From Eubacteriales bacterium (GTDB lineage: Bacteria; Bacillota; Clostridia; Oscillospirales; JAAYXM01): 56,981 bases of DNA. The position numbers and the translations under genes are program-made. This document shows, piece after piece, positions 25,001 to 31,866 of this stretch; the stretch's first letter is position 1, and the number at the start of each line of letters is the position of its first letter. Under the pieces are notes generated by a model. That model did not search any database and was not told the DNA's origin. It worked only from the letters and a program-made list of their open reading frames with translations. Location: positions 1-56,981 of the forward strand of contig JAZSHZ010000209.1 of assembly GCA_045533555.1 (NCBI GenBank). The letters run 5' to 3'.

Positions 25001-25431
25001 GTTCCCGTCTCGTCAATCTTGACTCTTATTGCAGCTGCACTGTCATGCTTGACTGCACCTGATGCCCATGCGCGCGTTCCGTAAGCATACCATGTGAGTG
25101 CATTCGGCATTTTTGTCGCCGCGCTGACCGCATCGTGTGTGAGTGCGGGATATCCCGACTGTGCACGGTAATGGCCGTCAACAACCCACGGATCGGTATT
25201 TACACTTGCCCATGTGAGATTATCCGATACATCGGGAGTTGCCGATGTATCGCCATAGGTCTTGAGCGTATCCATATCGATCTCGGCAGTTGCGCCATAT
25301 CCTTTTGCGCCGAAATTGAAGTGGACACCGTCTCCCGTCTCTGCCGCAAAGGACATCGTCGGAAGAAGCGAAAGCATCATCGCAAGCGCAAGAATAAGAC
25401 TCAGGCTTCTTTTGAAAGATAATTTCTTCAT
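18334..25431 (-). CDS. Giant SLH-anchored surface protein B (~2,365 aa): signal peptide, two CBM-like modules, Big_2 repeats, Cys4 ribbon plus heparinase II/III-like core, He_PIG, 3x SLH
   Basis: Uninterrupted 7.1-kb ORF, open to 25449. I prefer MKKLSFKRSLSLILALAMMLSLLPTMSFAA (ATG 25429-25431) because GGAAAGGA lies 8 nt upstream. Core motifs YFFTGEKKYGQAAAILLDRMADF and DGHAHNDNLGLGMTAFGLELLPDLGYPE...ISHNVVIVDD. SLH tail FIDLGAHDWAADAINALADEGIIKG. Confidence 0.95.
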   Translation of the reverse strand: MKKLSFKRSLSLILALAMMLSLLPTMSFAAETGDGVHFNFGAKGYGATAEIDMDTLKTYGDTSATPDVSDNLTWASVNTDPWVVDGHYRAQSGYPALTHDAVSAATKMPNALTWYAYGTRAWASGAVKHDSAAAIRVKIDETGTFIPTVTYHARPDLCIYEVYLVPWSELIGNYRNRLKFANSALSSTVRPGITNYFIGNVDMYGETAGTKTSFLDDYVVEKAGEYVLFFFSNGLNEKLAAKYENANGPAIYVNLYSFDLHHKGAIARPEIGKLELTLSETTLSEGGSATSSVEMWLSNGDIPTGEYEIEYKSSDDNIATVDKDGVVTAIAKGNATITATVKGSNVSDSVDIIVEGKPYLESFKAAKPNFVFFENDENNSSAAIGISAIMSNGKAGDIANYEVSYQSGDDSVVTVDENGNMAAVAVGKTTVSASATNENGDPIVLSVPVEVRRELDGLVYNFSASSYDLNEEIVKAKLPTLGYAEYNTDPWQIVSGANLQYWLSVTGSEKVTSSSSGSNSLPHSLTWHAYGYRAARYMGATVDSENGTFEGGTYTARQDITVAALIKINRTGTFTPAITYDTKNTLCIFDTYLIPKSVVDASSYPDLTTAANVAKMLKALPDKEEYLIAKHDMYSTVRETKTESFENITVDTAGEYYLIWQCNGLNEALQGPENFNISNGSVNYKNHLYVNINNFGFYPLPKLALTSVETKVSQEEIFEGDTVKITAIPKLSDGTEFNTPAVITELSSGNEEVAEIDGMNIKAKKAGNVRITAKAHINGSSECVESHIDLEVIPEGINEIAATAGGSKYIRLTDKENDTVPLYVRAFTNLGNEFDPDELTFTTECLTPDKAQIIGDNEILPIAEGDAIFRITATHSGRTISRDVTLPVVWGKSRSSYMTAEKAEAARENYSTYSWAKKEVESNVKKADRYVERLDQLYNMIHSEGVPRSSGVGAKSDPYNGYCRYCGVKITAKYGTYPWKHNSLVNEWKIICPDCGRNFPTNDFGSFYKLGLNEYGEFDRMRALTKHHALVHHGDANAECECVAPENEWTTEWYPYYGYGDKNGYLVNKLYDNLEDVKTLNANQGLREGETTETWGVDDGHGYVPRKLDGTYYKNDNRAERHTYIAEYSHYGLWRGDGGSGGAIQNAISYLANAYFFTGEKKYGQAAAILLDRMADFYPDFDRSIWGNNVTHSDGGTGKGKILGNIWEGTQMNKYIEAYDMVFDCYDDPFVVNYISKKAETIKMRHSKKTASQIRTNVEDGILRGVLNALPDCKIAGNFGYPQRTNALAAVVLDTMPDTKYWLDYLMAPGWGRNGRSDGGGISTRLVDEVDADGQGNEGSEYNADWHTTLISVQEVLDGYDGYSAASLYNNPKFVKMFYSNLPLVTGNHSVNIGDTFSTMTSSQWYEQNQLIQGFSRLGDPVFAQMLYLINGNKSTGLHYNIYTRDPERLAKEVQTVIDNHGTLVRTSEAMTNFGYAILRDGGEYKGTNNQNSIDTTRNAWMYFGTSDGHAHNDNLGLGMTAFGLELLPDLGYPEETSYTPNRLQWVGRSISHNVVIVDDKETSAPDEPRGESLHFDYGEDVQVMDVSAPYVNDSVSEYRRSVVMVHVDDENSYVIDFFRVLGGNKQLYSFHAASNEIAETVGLDFTLIEDENGNYISGSQLDENGNYKGTYAGRNAKYIKDTETGAVRRYTEDAVLGENEVVLEAEYGNDPNSPNQWTYETIFPRGYTWLKNVDRDTDPENRVEIDFAIKDFRKSLMDGTGLHLHMTVLNDSNVKNGADAEISIADGYPPDKAANKAIDKFKYVLIKNEGKNLDTTFTTVLEPYRHNRYLKNSDEIEMRVAGDVAEGADDDHRAVRVEHENGRVDYVLWSTNNKVTYEITLDDRSTLKFRGFLGVWTVANGINTYKYLHDGDILGEETGKTASIEGTVSSFTEELAFENFISITPDSEVSDDVLANLPGKYVFVDNGVENRSGAWQIKSAERSGNDIRLNVGDVTTVRRYKDEYDMDKGYIYIIEKNQPARIPLTEAENFKPIFDAVGEKLSTTAGSQIVVDIKARSPIEENAPAITYEAAMLPRGASIDAETGKIVWKPTSSQIGKNHFAVTAIDEYGRQETIHFYVDVYGATTGGGGGSSGAPSTPGTSTPTIPATKPEDKDDSMSSTDNVDKTPSVGDADGSLGEGAGNVRFIDLGAHDWAADAINALADEGIIKGTSENTFSPAANITRADFAILLVREFKLASESEENFADVSASDYFAKELAVARNTGVVNGIGENKFAPKSNITRQDMMVIVYRALVGMNKINVGDGVLDVPQAPDFDQVADYAKEAVSALVNAKLVNGKNGLIGPQAITVRAKAAVLIQRILDFVK
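20503..22752 (-). other. Heparinase II/III-like core of giant B, with Cys4 insert at 22447-22545
   Basis: Runs from SSYMTAEKAEAARENYSTYSWAK to FFRVLGGNKQLYSFHAASNEI. H.H motif at 20896-20904. Confidence 0.7.
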
Positions 25432-25451
25432 TCGTTTCATCCTTTCCATTC

Positions 25452-27209
25452 CTATTCGGAAAGCTCACCGTCTGTTATTAATTTGAGCTCTCCGCCTTCC
25501 CTGACTATTGCATAGCCGACCGCATCGGCATTTTCAATATCATCGATAACCGCAAACTGCATTGCATCACCGGTCATCGCGACGCGCTTGTTTCCAAACA
25601 TTATTCCTTTTTCAAGAGCATCGTCAAAGCCAATGAACTCTGCCATAATTGCGCTTTCGTTACCTGCCGCAAAGCCATCGAGGATTATTTTTCTCATTGT
25701 TTTTCCGAGTGTGGGCGCCGCATCGCCGAATACCGCCTCGACGGTTGCGTTTTCCCACGCACAGAAGCTATATGAGTTCGCTGTCGAAACAATGTCTCCG
25801 TTCTTCGTCCAATACATAAAGACCTTTCCTTCGGGAGCGACTGCTTCACAGCTTACCGCATCGCCGTAGGCATAGTTTTTCTTTTCACCGTTGACGGTTA
25901 TTTCGATGTTCTTTGCAAGATCACCGTATTCCGCGACGAAGATTCCGTCCTTATATTCAGTCCAACCCGTTGCCACACCGTAGCCCGGCATACTCGGGAG
26001 TGTATTTCCGTTTGCAAGAAGCTCGCCGTTTGCGTTGTAATATTCAGCCTTCTCCGCATTTTCCGCGTCTGCTTCTTCGTAGACGGCAAGGAGATGATTT
26101 GCTCCTTCATACGGTTTATAGGAGAAAGCCGCTTCATGGGAGATTATCTTCTTTCTCTCCATAGTTGCGCCCTTTGCCCAATAGAGGAATTTATATATCT
26201 TCTCGCCCTTCGTTACTGTTTCGGGTGCGGAAAGCTCAGTGGTGCTTCCGTATGTAACAACAGGGGTTTCGATTATTTCCGTTTCGTTTACTTCTCCGTC
26301 AGTACCATAGACCGCAAATGCGCGAAGCGATGTACTTCCGCCCGTATAGTCTTCTTCGCTGTATGCAAATTCCGGATCGAGGCTTATTTCTTCCTTTTTC
26401 TCACCGAGGAGTCTGAAGGAATCGATGTTTATGTACTGATGAGGTATATTACTATCCGCAACACCTGTTGTAAGTTTCTCATCCATTCCGTTCGGGTAGA
26501 AGAAAAGTGCAAACTGGCCGTATGCTGCCTCTTCCTCCGAAATTGTGTACGAATTGAGTCTTACCGATTTCGCGGTTTCATCCGTATCGTACATATTTAT
26601 CTGCCCGAGAAAAGTCTTTGAGTTCGCTTTCAGCACGGTATAGACACTGCTCGTAATCTTTGAGTTGTTGAATGTAAGCGAATTTCTGTCACTCGCCTGA
26701 AGGTAATAATTTTTTGTTTTCAGGGACACAAGATAAACATCATACATTGCAAGTCCTTTATGCGGATAATATGTAAGCTCCGGAACATATGTTCCCGCCT
26801 TGTCTATCTGCAGTCTCACAACGATGCCGGCCGCTGTTTTCTTAGCTCCGCTGCCCCATACGCGTGTGTTGTAAACGTATGCATATATCGAGTTTGGTTG
26901 TTTCGTCGTGCTCGTTCCGACATCCGAACCCGTCAAAGCAAGCGTTGTTACATATCTGTGTCCGTCAACGACCCACGGATCGGTATTCTTCGTTGCCCAT
27001 GTGTGTCCTTCCTTTGAATCCTGCGATTCTGTTGACAGGTCGCCGTATGTTTTGAGCGTGTCACTGCCTATTTCCGCGGTTTCGCCGTAGCCTGCGGCAC
27101 CAAAGTCAAAATTATACTTGACCTCAAGCTCCTTATCTGCCGCAAATGCAGACGGCACAAGCGATATCAGCATCGCTGCCGCAATAATTATTGAAAGCGT
27201 TTTTTTCAT
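25452..27209 (-). CDS. Secreted partner protein B' (585 aa): one CBM-like module paralogous to module 1 of giant B, InlB-B-repeat-like units, conserved tail, no SLH
   Basis: Signal peptide MKKTLSIIIAAAMLISLVPSAFAA and SD GGGAGG (27217-27222). FDFGAAGYGETAEIGSDTLKTYGD and NTDPWVVDGH match giant B. YKFLYWAKG and VFMYWTKNG repeats are present. The stop at 25452-25454 is only 20 nt from the giant B start. Confidence 0.9.
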   Translation of the reverse strand: MKKTLSIIIAAAMLISLVPSAFAADKELEVKYNFDFGAAGYGETAEIGSDTLKTYGDLSTESQDSKEGHTWATKNTDPWVVDGHRYVTTLALTGSDVGTSTTKQPNSIYAYVYNTRVWGSGAKKTAAGIVVRLQIDKAGTYVPELTYYPHKGLAMYDVYLVSLKTKNYYLQASDRNSLTFNNSKITSSVYTVLKANSKTFLGQINMYDTDETAKSVRLNSYTISEEEAAYGQFALFFYPNGMDEKLTTGVADSNIPHQYINIDSFRLLGEKKEEISLDPEFAYSEEDYTGGSTSLRAFAVYGTDGEVNETEIIETPVVTYGSTTELSAPETVTKGEKIYKFLYWAKGATMERKKIISHEAAFSYKPYEGANHLLAVYEEADAENAEKAEYYNANGELLANGNTLPSMPGYGVATGWTEYKDGIFVAEYGDLAKNIEITVNGEKKNYAYGDAVSCEAVAPEGKVFMYWTKNGDIVSTANSYSFCAWENATVEAVFGDAAPTLGKTMRKIILDGFAAGNESAIMAEFIGFDDALEKGIMFGNKRVAMTGDAMQFAVIDDIENADAVGYAIVREGGELKLITDGELSE

Positions 27210-27251
27210 ATTTATTCCTCCCGTTAAAAATGAATAAACCTGTTCAAAGTA

Positions 27252-27290
27252 ATCATATCATCTGCCTATGCATATTTTCGCCATATTGTA
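27252..27290 (-). promoter_or_regulatory. Promoter of the B'-B operon with TACAATATGGCGAAAA motif at the -35 position
   Basis: Minus-strand reading: TACAATATGGCGAAAA (27290-27275), 17 nt (ending TGA), TATGAT (27257-27252). SD and ATG follow at 27217-27209. Confidence 0.5.
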
Positions 27291-27306
27291 CATTTTTCTG
27301 GAAACG

Positions 27307-27346
27307 GAGGATATGGCGAAAACTATGTTTCGTTTTATGCTTTAAT
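27307..27346 (+). promoter_or_regulatory. Promoter of the GH20 gene with GAGGATATGGCGAAAA motif at the -35 position
   Basis: The motif at 27307-27322 is the inverted partner of 27275-27286 (12-bp perfect inverted repeat TTTTCGCCATAT/ATATGGCGAAAA with a 24-nt spacer). An 18-nt spacer ending TGC is followed by TTTAAT (27341-27346). Confidence 0.45.
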
Positions 27347-27379
27347 GAACCTATATAATTTGAAAGGACTGTTTGAAAT

Positions 27380-29152
27380 ATGAATATAAAGGAAATTATA
27401 TCCGGGCTTTATAATTTCGAATTCCCTTGCAAAACAGCGGAAATCGACTCGGATGGAGTTTATGTCTGCTATAACGGCGAGAGTGCGGAAATCGGCGGAG
27501 CAACCATCCCGCAGAAGATGCGCGCCTACACTCTTCTCGCAAAGGCAATACGAGAAGGAAAAACTTCCTTTGAGCTTTCGGAAAAGCCGAATTTCAAAAC
27601 GCTCGGTGCGATGATCGATATGTCACGCGGGGGCGTTATGAAGGCTGAGAGCGTCAAGAAATACATACAGTATCTCGCCTCCCACGGCTATAATATGCTT
27701 ATGCTCTATACCGAGGATACATATGAGGTCAGGGAATATCCCTATCTCGGCTATCAGCGCGGAAGATATACCGTCGAGGAGCTTCGTGCGATCGATGACT
27801 ATGCATACTCACTCGGAATCGAGGTCATCCCCTGCATACAGACTCTCGGACATATGGAGCAGTTTCTCCGCTATTCCGTCAATGATCCGATTGCGGATAA
27901 CGCAAGAGTCCTTCTCGTCGGCGAGGAGAAAACATATGAATTTATCGAGGCCTGCATAAAGACGGTCCGCTCGGCTTTCCGCACGAAGCGAATCCATATC
28001 GGCTGTGACGAGACGGCAGGACTCGGGCTCGGTCAGTATCTCGTCCGCAACGGTATGCGCGACCGCTTTGAGATTTTCTCGGAGCATCTTGAGCGCGTCT
28101 GCGAGCTCTGCGGCAAATATGACTTCCACCCGATGATGTGGAGCGATATGTATTTCTCCCTCGTTGAAAAGAGCAAGGAGGAGGATTATATGCCGCACGT
28201 CATCGTTCCGCAGTATGCGATCGATGCAATGCCCGATGCGGATATGGTCTTCTGGGATTATTACCACACGAACAATGAGTTCTATAAAATAAATATCGAA
28301 AAGCACAAGAACTTCAACCGCCCCGTCGTATTCGGCGGCGGCATATGGACGTGGGACGGTTTTGTTCCGAACTATGACCACACCTATAACACAATGAAGC
28401 CCGCTCTTGAAGAATGTCTTCGCGGCGGAGTTCCTGAGGTCGTTGTTACAATATGGTCAAATGACGGTTGTGAGACGAGCCATATGCTTGCAATACCCTC
28501 GCTTTCGCTCTTCTCCGAATATTGCTATAAGGGAGAGGCCTGCACAGACGAGGATATATGGTCGCTTTCGAATTTCACAACAGGTATGACAAAGGAGCTT
28601 TCACATGCGATAAGCGATTTCTTCTTCCGTGAGGATGGTGCGATAAGAGCAGGAAAGCACGTCATCTGGAGTGATCCGCTCATAAACCTTCTTTGCTTTG
28701 ATATAAATATTGAAGGCGGAAAAAAATATCTTGAAGACGCAATAAAGGTTATTGAGAAGTTTGATAACACCGATTATATTCTCGCAGTATTCCGCGCCTG
28801 CCTCTCAAAATGCGAGCTTCACCTTGAGCTTCGAGAAAGATATAAGGCTGGCGATAAAAAATGGCTTTCGGAGTTTGCCGAAAAGCGCCTCCCCGAAATC
28901 ATTTCGGAATTTGAGAAGCTCCACGAGCTTCACCGCAAGATGTGGTATCGCGATTATAAGGCACACGGCTTCGAAAACATTATGTGCCGCTACGGCGCGG
29001 CAATAGAGCGACTTCGCCACACGGTAAGAGTCATAAATTCATATCTAGACGGTGAGATTGACATTATCGAAGAGCTTGAGCCGGAGCTTATCCGCGGACA
29101 GAAATGCAAATGGCTCGGCGCGAATGACTTTATGTATATCCATACAATGTAA
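27380..29152 (+). CDS. GH20 beta-N-acetylhexosaminidase, GcnA-like (590 aa), no signal peptide
   Basis: LGAMIDMSRGGVMKAESVKKYIQYLASHGYNMLMLYTEDTYE (GH20 TIM-barrel entry motif) and the catalytic-pair context RIHIGCDETAGLG (H.G.DE). Confidence 0.8.
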   Translation: MNIKEIISGLYNFEFPCKTAEIDSDGVYVCYNGESAEIGGATIPQKMRAYTLLAKAIREGKTSFELSEKPNFKTLGAMIDMSRGGVMKAESVKKYIQYLASHGYNMLMLYTEDTYEVREYPYLGYQRGRYTVEELRAIDDYAYSLGIEVIPCIQTLGHMEQFLRYSVNDPIADNARVLLVGEEKTYEFIEACIKTVRSAFRTKRIHIGCDETAGLGLGQYLVRNGMRDRFEIFSEHLERVCELCGKYDFHPMMWSDMYFSLVEKSKEEDYMPHVIVPQYAIDAMPDADMVFWDYYHTNNEFYKINIEKHKNFNRPVVFGGGIWTWDGFVPNYDHTYNTMKPALEECLRGGVPEVVVTIWSNDGCETSHMLAIPSLSLFSEYCYKGEACTDEDIWSLSNFTTGMTKELSHAISDFFFREDGAIRAGKHVIWSDPLINLLCFDINIEGGKKYLEDAIKVIEKFDNTDYILAVFRACLSKCELHLELRERYKAGDKKWLSEFAEKRLPEIISEFEKLHELHRKMWYRDYKAHGFENIMCRYGAAIERLRHTVRVINSYLDGEIDIIEELEPELIRGQKCKWLGANDFMYIHTM

Positions 29153-29153
29153 T

Positions 29154-29194
29154 AAAAAAAGGAACGATGGGTTTTATTTCCTGTCGTTCCTTTT
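29154..29194. terminator. Stem-loop terminator shared by convergent GH20 and AraC genes
   Basis: A-run, then stem ggaacga (29161-29167) / tcgttcc (29184-29190) extended by A:T pairs, then ttttg. The AraC stop codon (29174-29176) lies in the 16-nt loop. Confidence 0.55.
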
Positions 29195-30157
29195 GTCGTC
29201 TATATATTCCGCTTCAAAAAAATCATGGGTGACGCGTATCCCCGGATAATTGCGGAGAAGCTCTTCGAGCGCCGCGCGCTCCTCCTTCGGAGTGTAGCCG
29301 CGATATTTCTTATAGCATTTTCCAAAATACGTCGGGCTTCCGAAGCCGCACATATCTGATATATATGAGAATGAATAATTTGAAAAGCCGAGTGCGCGGT
29401 GAGCGCGCTTGACGCGAATTTTCTGAAGATAAATTGAATATGTATCACCGACGGTCTTCTTTATCGCGCGGTAAAAATCCGTTCTGCAAAGACCGGATAT
29501 ACGAAGCAGGTCCTCACAGTGAATTTTCTTTGAGAAATTGCTGTTCATATATACAACGGCTCTGACAGTGGGAATCAGCTTATCCGAAATTATGCTCTCT
29601 GCGTGCTTTTTTTCAGCTTCCCCGAGCGCGAATTCCGGAAGAGAGAAAATTTCATTCACTGCACCGAGAACTTCTCCCTCATCGCATTCTTTTTCTTTTC
29701 CGAGCCGCGATAGCCTGCAGAATGCATCATATGCGGTTTTCACCGAGCTTTCACCGAGCTTCATTACGCTCGGAAAGCAAAACTCCTCTCCCCAGAAACG
29801 TCCGAGAAAAAGGTAGGCGACAGCATTGACTGAAAGCGGATTTGCTTTCCGGAGGAGCAATTCAAACGAAACATTGAGATTTATTATTTCGCCCGCAGAC
29901 TCGACATCAAAGGAATGCACGGCTCCGGCAGGTATCACGAATATTTCTCCGTCGGAAATCTCATATGTGACTCCGTCCACAAACTGCAGCATTTTACCCT
30001 TATGGCAATAATATGCCTGAGGAAAATCGTGAATATGGTTATACCCCTTCATTTTGATTACCTCTCGGGTATTGATTTTTACATTTTTCCCAAAGAAATG
30101 CTCAAATTCAAAATCTATTCCCGGATATTTATCATGCGGCACATCAAGTCTTCCCAT
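29174..30157 (-). CDS. AraC/XylS family transcriptional regulator (cupin plus HTH), cassette B
   Basis: Cupin motif (YYCHKGKMLQFVDGVTYEISDGEIFVIPAGAVHSF) and C-terminal HTH (LLRISGLCRTDFYRAIKKTVG...FSNYSFSYISDMCGFGSPTYFGKCYKKYRGYTPKE). The start is moved to MGRLDVPH (ATG 30155-30157), which has GGAGGTGA 8 nt upstream. The ORF is open to 30208. Confidence 0.85.
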   Translation of the reverse strand: MGRLDVPHDKYPGIDFEFEHFFGKNVKINTREVIKMKGYNHIHDFPQAYYCHKGKMLQFVDGVTYEISDGEIFVIPAGAVHSFDVESAGEIINLNVSFELLLRKANPLSVNAVAYLFLGRFWGEEFCFPSVMKLGESSVKTAYDAFCRLSRLGKEKECDEGEVLGAVNEIFSLPEFALGEAEKKHAESIISDKLIPTVRAVVYMNSNFSKKIHCEDLLRISGLCRTDFYRAIKKTVGDTYSIYLQKIRVKRAHRALGFSNYSFSYISDMCGFGSPTYFGKCYKKYRGYTPKEERAALEELLRNYPGIRVTHDFFEAEYIDDKRNDRK

Positions 30158-30216
30158 CTCGCTCACCTCCGATTGCATTATATCATTGTCGAAATGATTT
30201 TTCAACACAAAAAACG

Positions 30217-30255
30217 TACAATATGGCGAGTTTTTTTCTTTTAGTATATTATAAT
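30217..30255 (+). promoter_or_regulatory. Promoter of the PHP-C26-SLH operon with TACAATATGGCGAGTT motif at the -35 position
   Basis: TACAATATGGCGAGTT (30217-30232), 17-nt spacer, TATAAT (30250-30255). The geometry matches the B'-B promoter. Confidence 0.5.
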
Positions 30256-30283
30256 TAATGATTAAAGAAAGGAATGATATTTT

Positions 30284-31168
30284 ATGAAACTTTATGCAAA
30301 CTTACATACACATTCGACGCATTCTGACGGTGGCTACACTCCCGCGCAGATCGCGCAGGTCGCAAAGAAGGAAGGCTATGGCGCCGTCACCGTCACTGAC
30401 CACGATACGGTAACGGGTTTTCCCGAAATAAAAGCCGAATGCGAAAAGCTCGGACTTGAGACGATTTTCGGCGCTGAATTCTCCTCTCCCTCAAAACTTC
30501 TTGAGGGCAAGCAATATATGGAGGCAGATTTTCACATATGCGGATTCCATTTTGACCCCGAATATCCCCCGATGAAGCAGTATCTCCACGAGATGAGCCT
30601 TCGCGAAACGGATCAGACAAAAACACTTTATGAAAGAGCTGTCCGTCTCGGCAAAATCAAGGGAATTGAATGGGAAGAGGTTCTTGAATTCAACAAGGGA
30701 ATCACATGGCTCTGCAACGACCATCTCTGGCGCGCACTTCTCGCAAAGGGACTTATGCAAAAGTCAGACCGCGGTTGGTATTTCACGGAGCTCTTCGGAG
30801 TTCACCGCTATGAGGTTCCGCCATCACATCCCTTCAAGCAGGAGCACGAAATCATTAAACTTATCCACGATGCGGGCGGCATCGCGATAGTCGCGCATCC
30901 CCACGGTCAGCTTATGCATATGGACGCGCTCCGCGAAATGGGAATAGACGGTCTTGAAATCTGGCATCACCTTCTCACGGAAGAGGAAAAGGAAGAGGGC
31001 ATAAAATATGCTCACAAGCACGGGCTTTATATCTCGGGCGGAAGCGACCACGACGGCTTCTGCGCAGGTATTACCGATGAAAGCAGCCCGAGATATGCAT
31101 CTGCCTGCGCTTACGGAACAACAAAGGAATATTTCGACGAGATCAAGAACAGAAAAATCAACAGATAA
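30284..31168 (+). CDS. PHP (polymerase/histidinol phosphatase) domain metal-dependent phosphoesterase (294 aa)
   Basis: N-terminal LHTHSTHSDG motif, then ...VTVTDHDTVTGF... and later AHPHG / GGSDHDG His/Asp clusters typical of PHP domains. Confidence 0.85.
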   Translation: MKLYANLHTHSTHSDGGYTPAQIAQVAKKEGYGAVTVTDHDTVTGFPEIKAECEKLGLETIFGAEFSSPSKLLEGKQYMEADFHICGFHFDPEYPPMKQYLHEMSLRETDQTKTLYERAVRLGKIKGIEWEEVLEFNKGITWLCNDHLWRALLAKGLMQKSDRGWYFTELFGVHRYEVPPSHPFKQEHEIIKLIHDAGGIAIVAHPHGQLMHMDALREMGIDGLEIWHHLLTEEEKEEGIKYAHKHGLYISGGSDHDGFCAGITDESSPRYASACAYGTTKEYFDEIKNRKINR

Positions 31169-31191
31169 TTATTTCTATTAAAGAGGTTTTT

Positions 31192-31848
31192 ATGAAACCG
31201 AAAATCTTATTATCGACAAGCGATAACAATAAAACTCAGTTTTATATCAAAGCCATAACCGAATGCGGCGGCGAAGCCTTCGGGGGTTATCTCCCTCCGA
31301 TTTCCACCGATTTCGATGCGCTTCTGCTCTGCGGCGGAAGCGACGTTCATCCGGATCGCTTCGGCGAAGAAATCAACGGCTCACGAAACATTGACATCGC
31401 ACGCGACGAGGTTGAGCTTCGGTTATTTAACCTCTTCATGGAGCAGAAAAAACCGATTTTCGGCATATGCCGCGGTCATCAGGTCATAAACATCGCGCTC
31501 GGCGGATCTCTTTTCCAGGATATCCCCGAATCACCAAAGCACGTCTCAATTGACGGAGTTATGCAGATGCACCATGTCATATCCGACGGTGAGAGCTTCC
31601 TCAGCGAGCTTTACGGAGCGAAATTTCCGGTCAACACCTCGCACCATCAGGCAGTATCGAACCTTGGGCAAGGGCTTCGGAGTATCGCGCACTCGGCAGA
31701 GGATGGCTATTGCGAGGCGATTATCCACGAATCACTTCCGATATTCGGAGTTCAGTGGCACCCCGAGAGAATGTCCTTCTCGATGCGGCGCGAGGACACG
31801 GTTGACGGAAGATATATTTTCGAGCACTTTTTAAATCTCTGCAAATAA
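31192..31848 (+). CDS. Class-I glutamine amidotransferase / peptidase C26 gamma-glutamyl hydrolase family protein (218 aa)
   Basis: Nucleophile elbow FGICRGHQVINIALGG, then HHQAV, then the GVQWHPE triad motif. Confidence 0.85.
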   Translation: MKPKILLSTSDNNKTQFYIKAITECGGEAFGGYLPPISTDFDALLLCGGSDVHPDRFGEEINGSRNIDIARDEVELRLFNLFMEQKKPIFGICRGHQVINIALGGSLFQDIPESPKHVSIDGVMQMHHVISDGESFLSELYGAKFPVNTSHHQAVSNLGQGLRSIAHSAEDGYCEAIIHESLPIFGVQWHPERMSFSMRREDTVDGRYIFEHFLNLCK

Positions 31849-31866
31849 AAATTGTAGGTAGGACAA

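Noticed and set aside
27275-27322. A 12-bp perfect inverted repeat flanking 24 nt, considered as an invertible promoter (inverton).
   Set aside because: The intervening segment is far too short to hold a promoter, and no recombinase gene is present in the window. The arms coincide with the -35 regions of two divergent promoters, which fits operator sites better.
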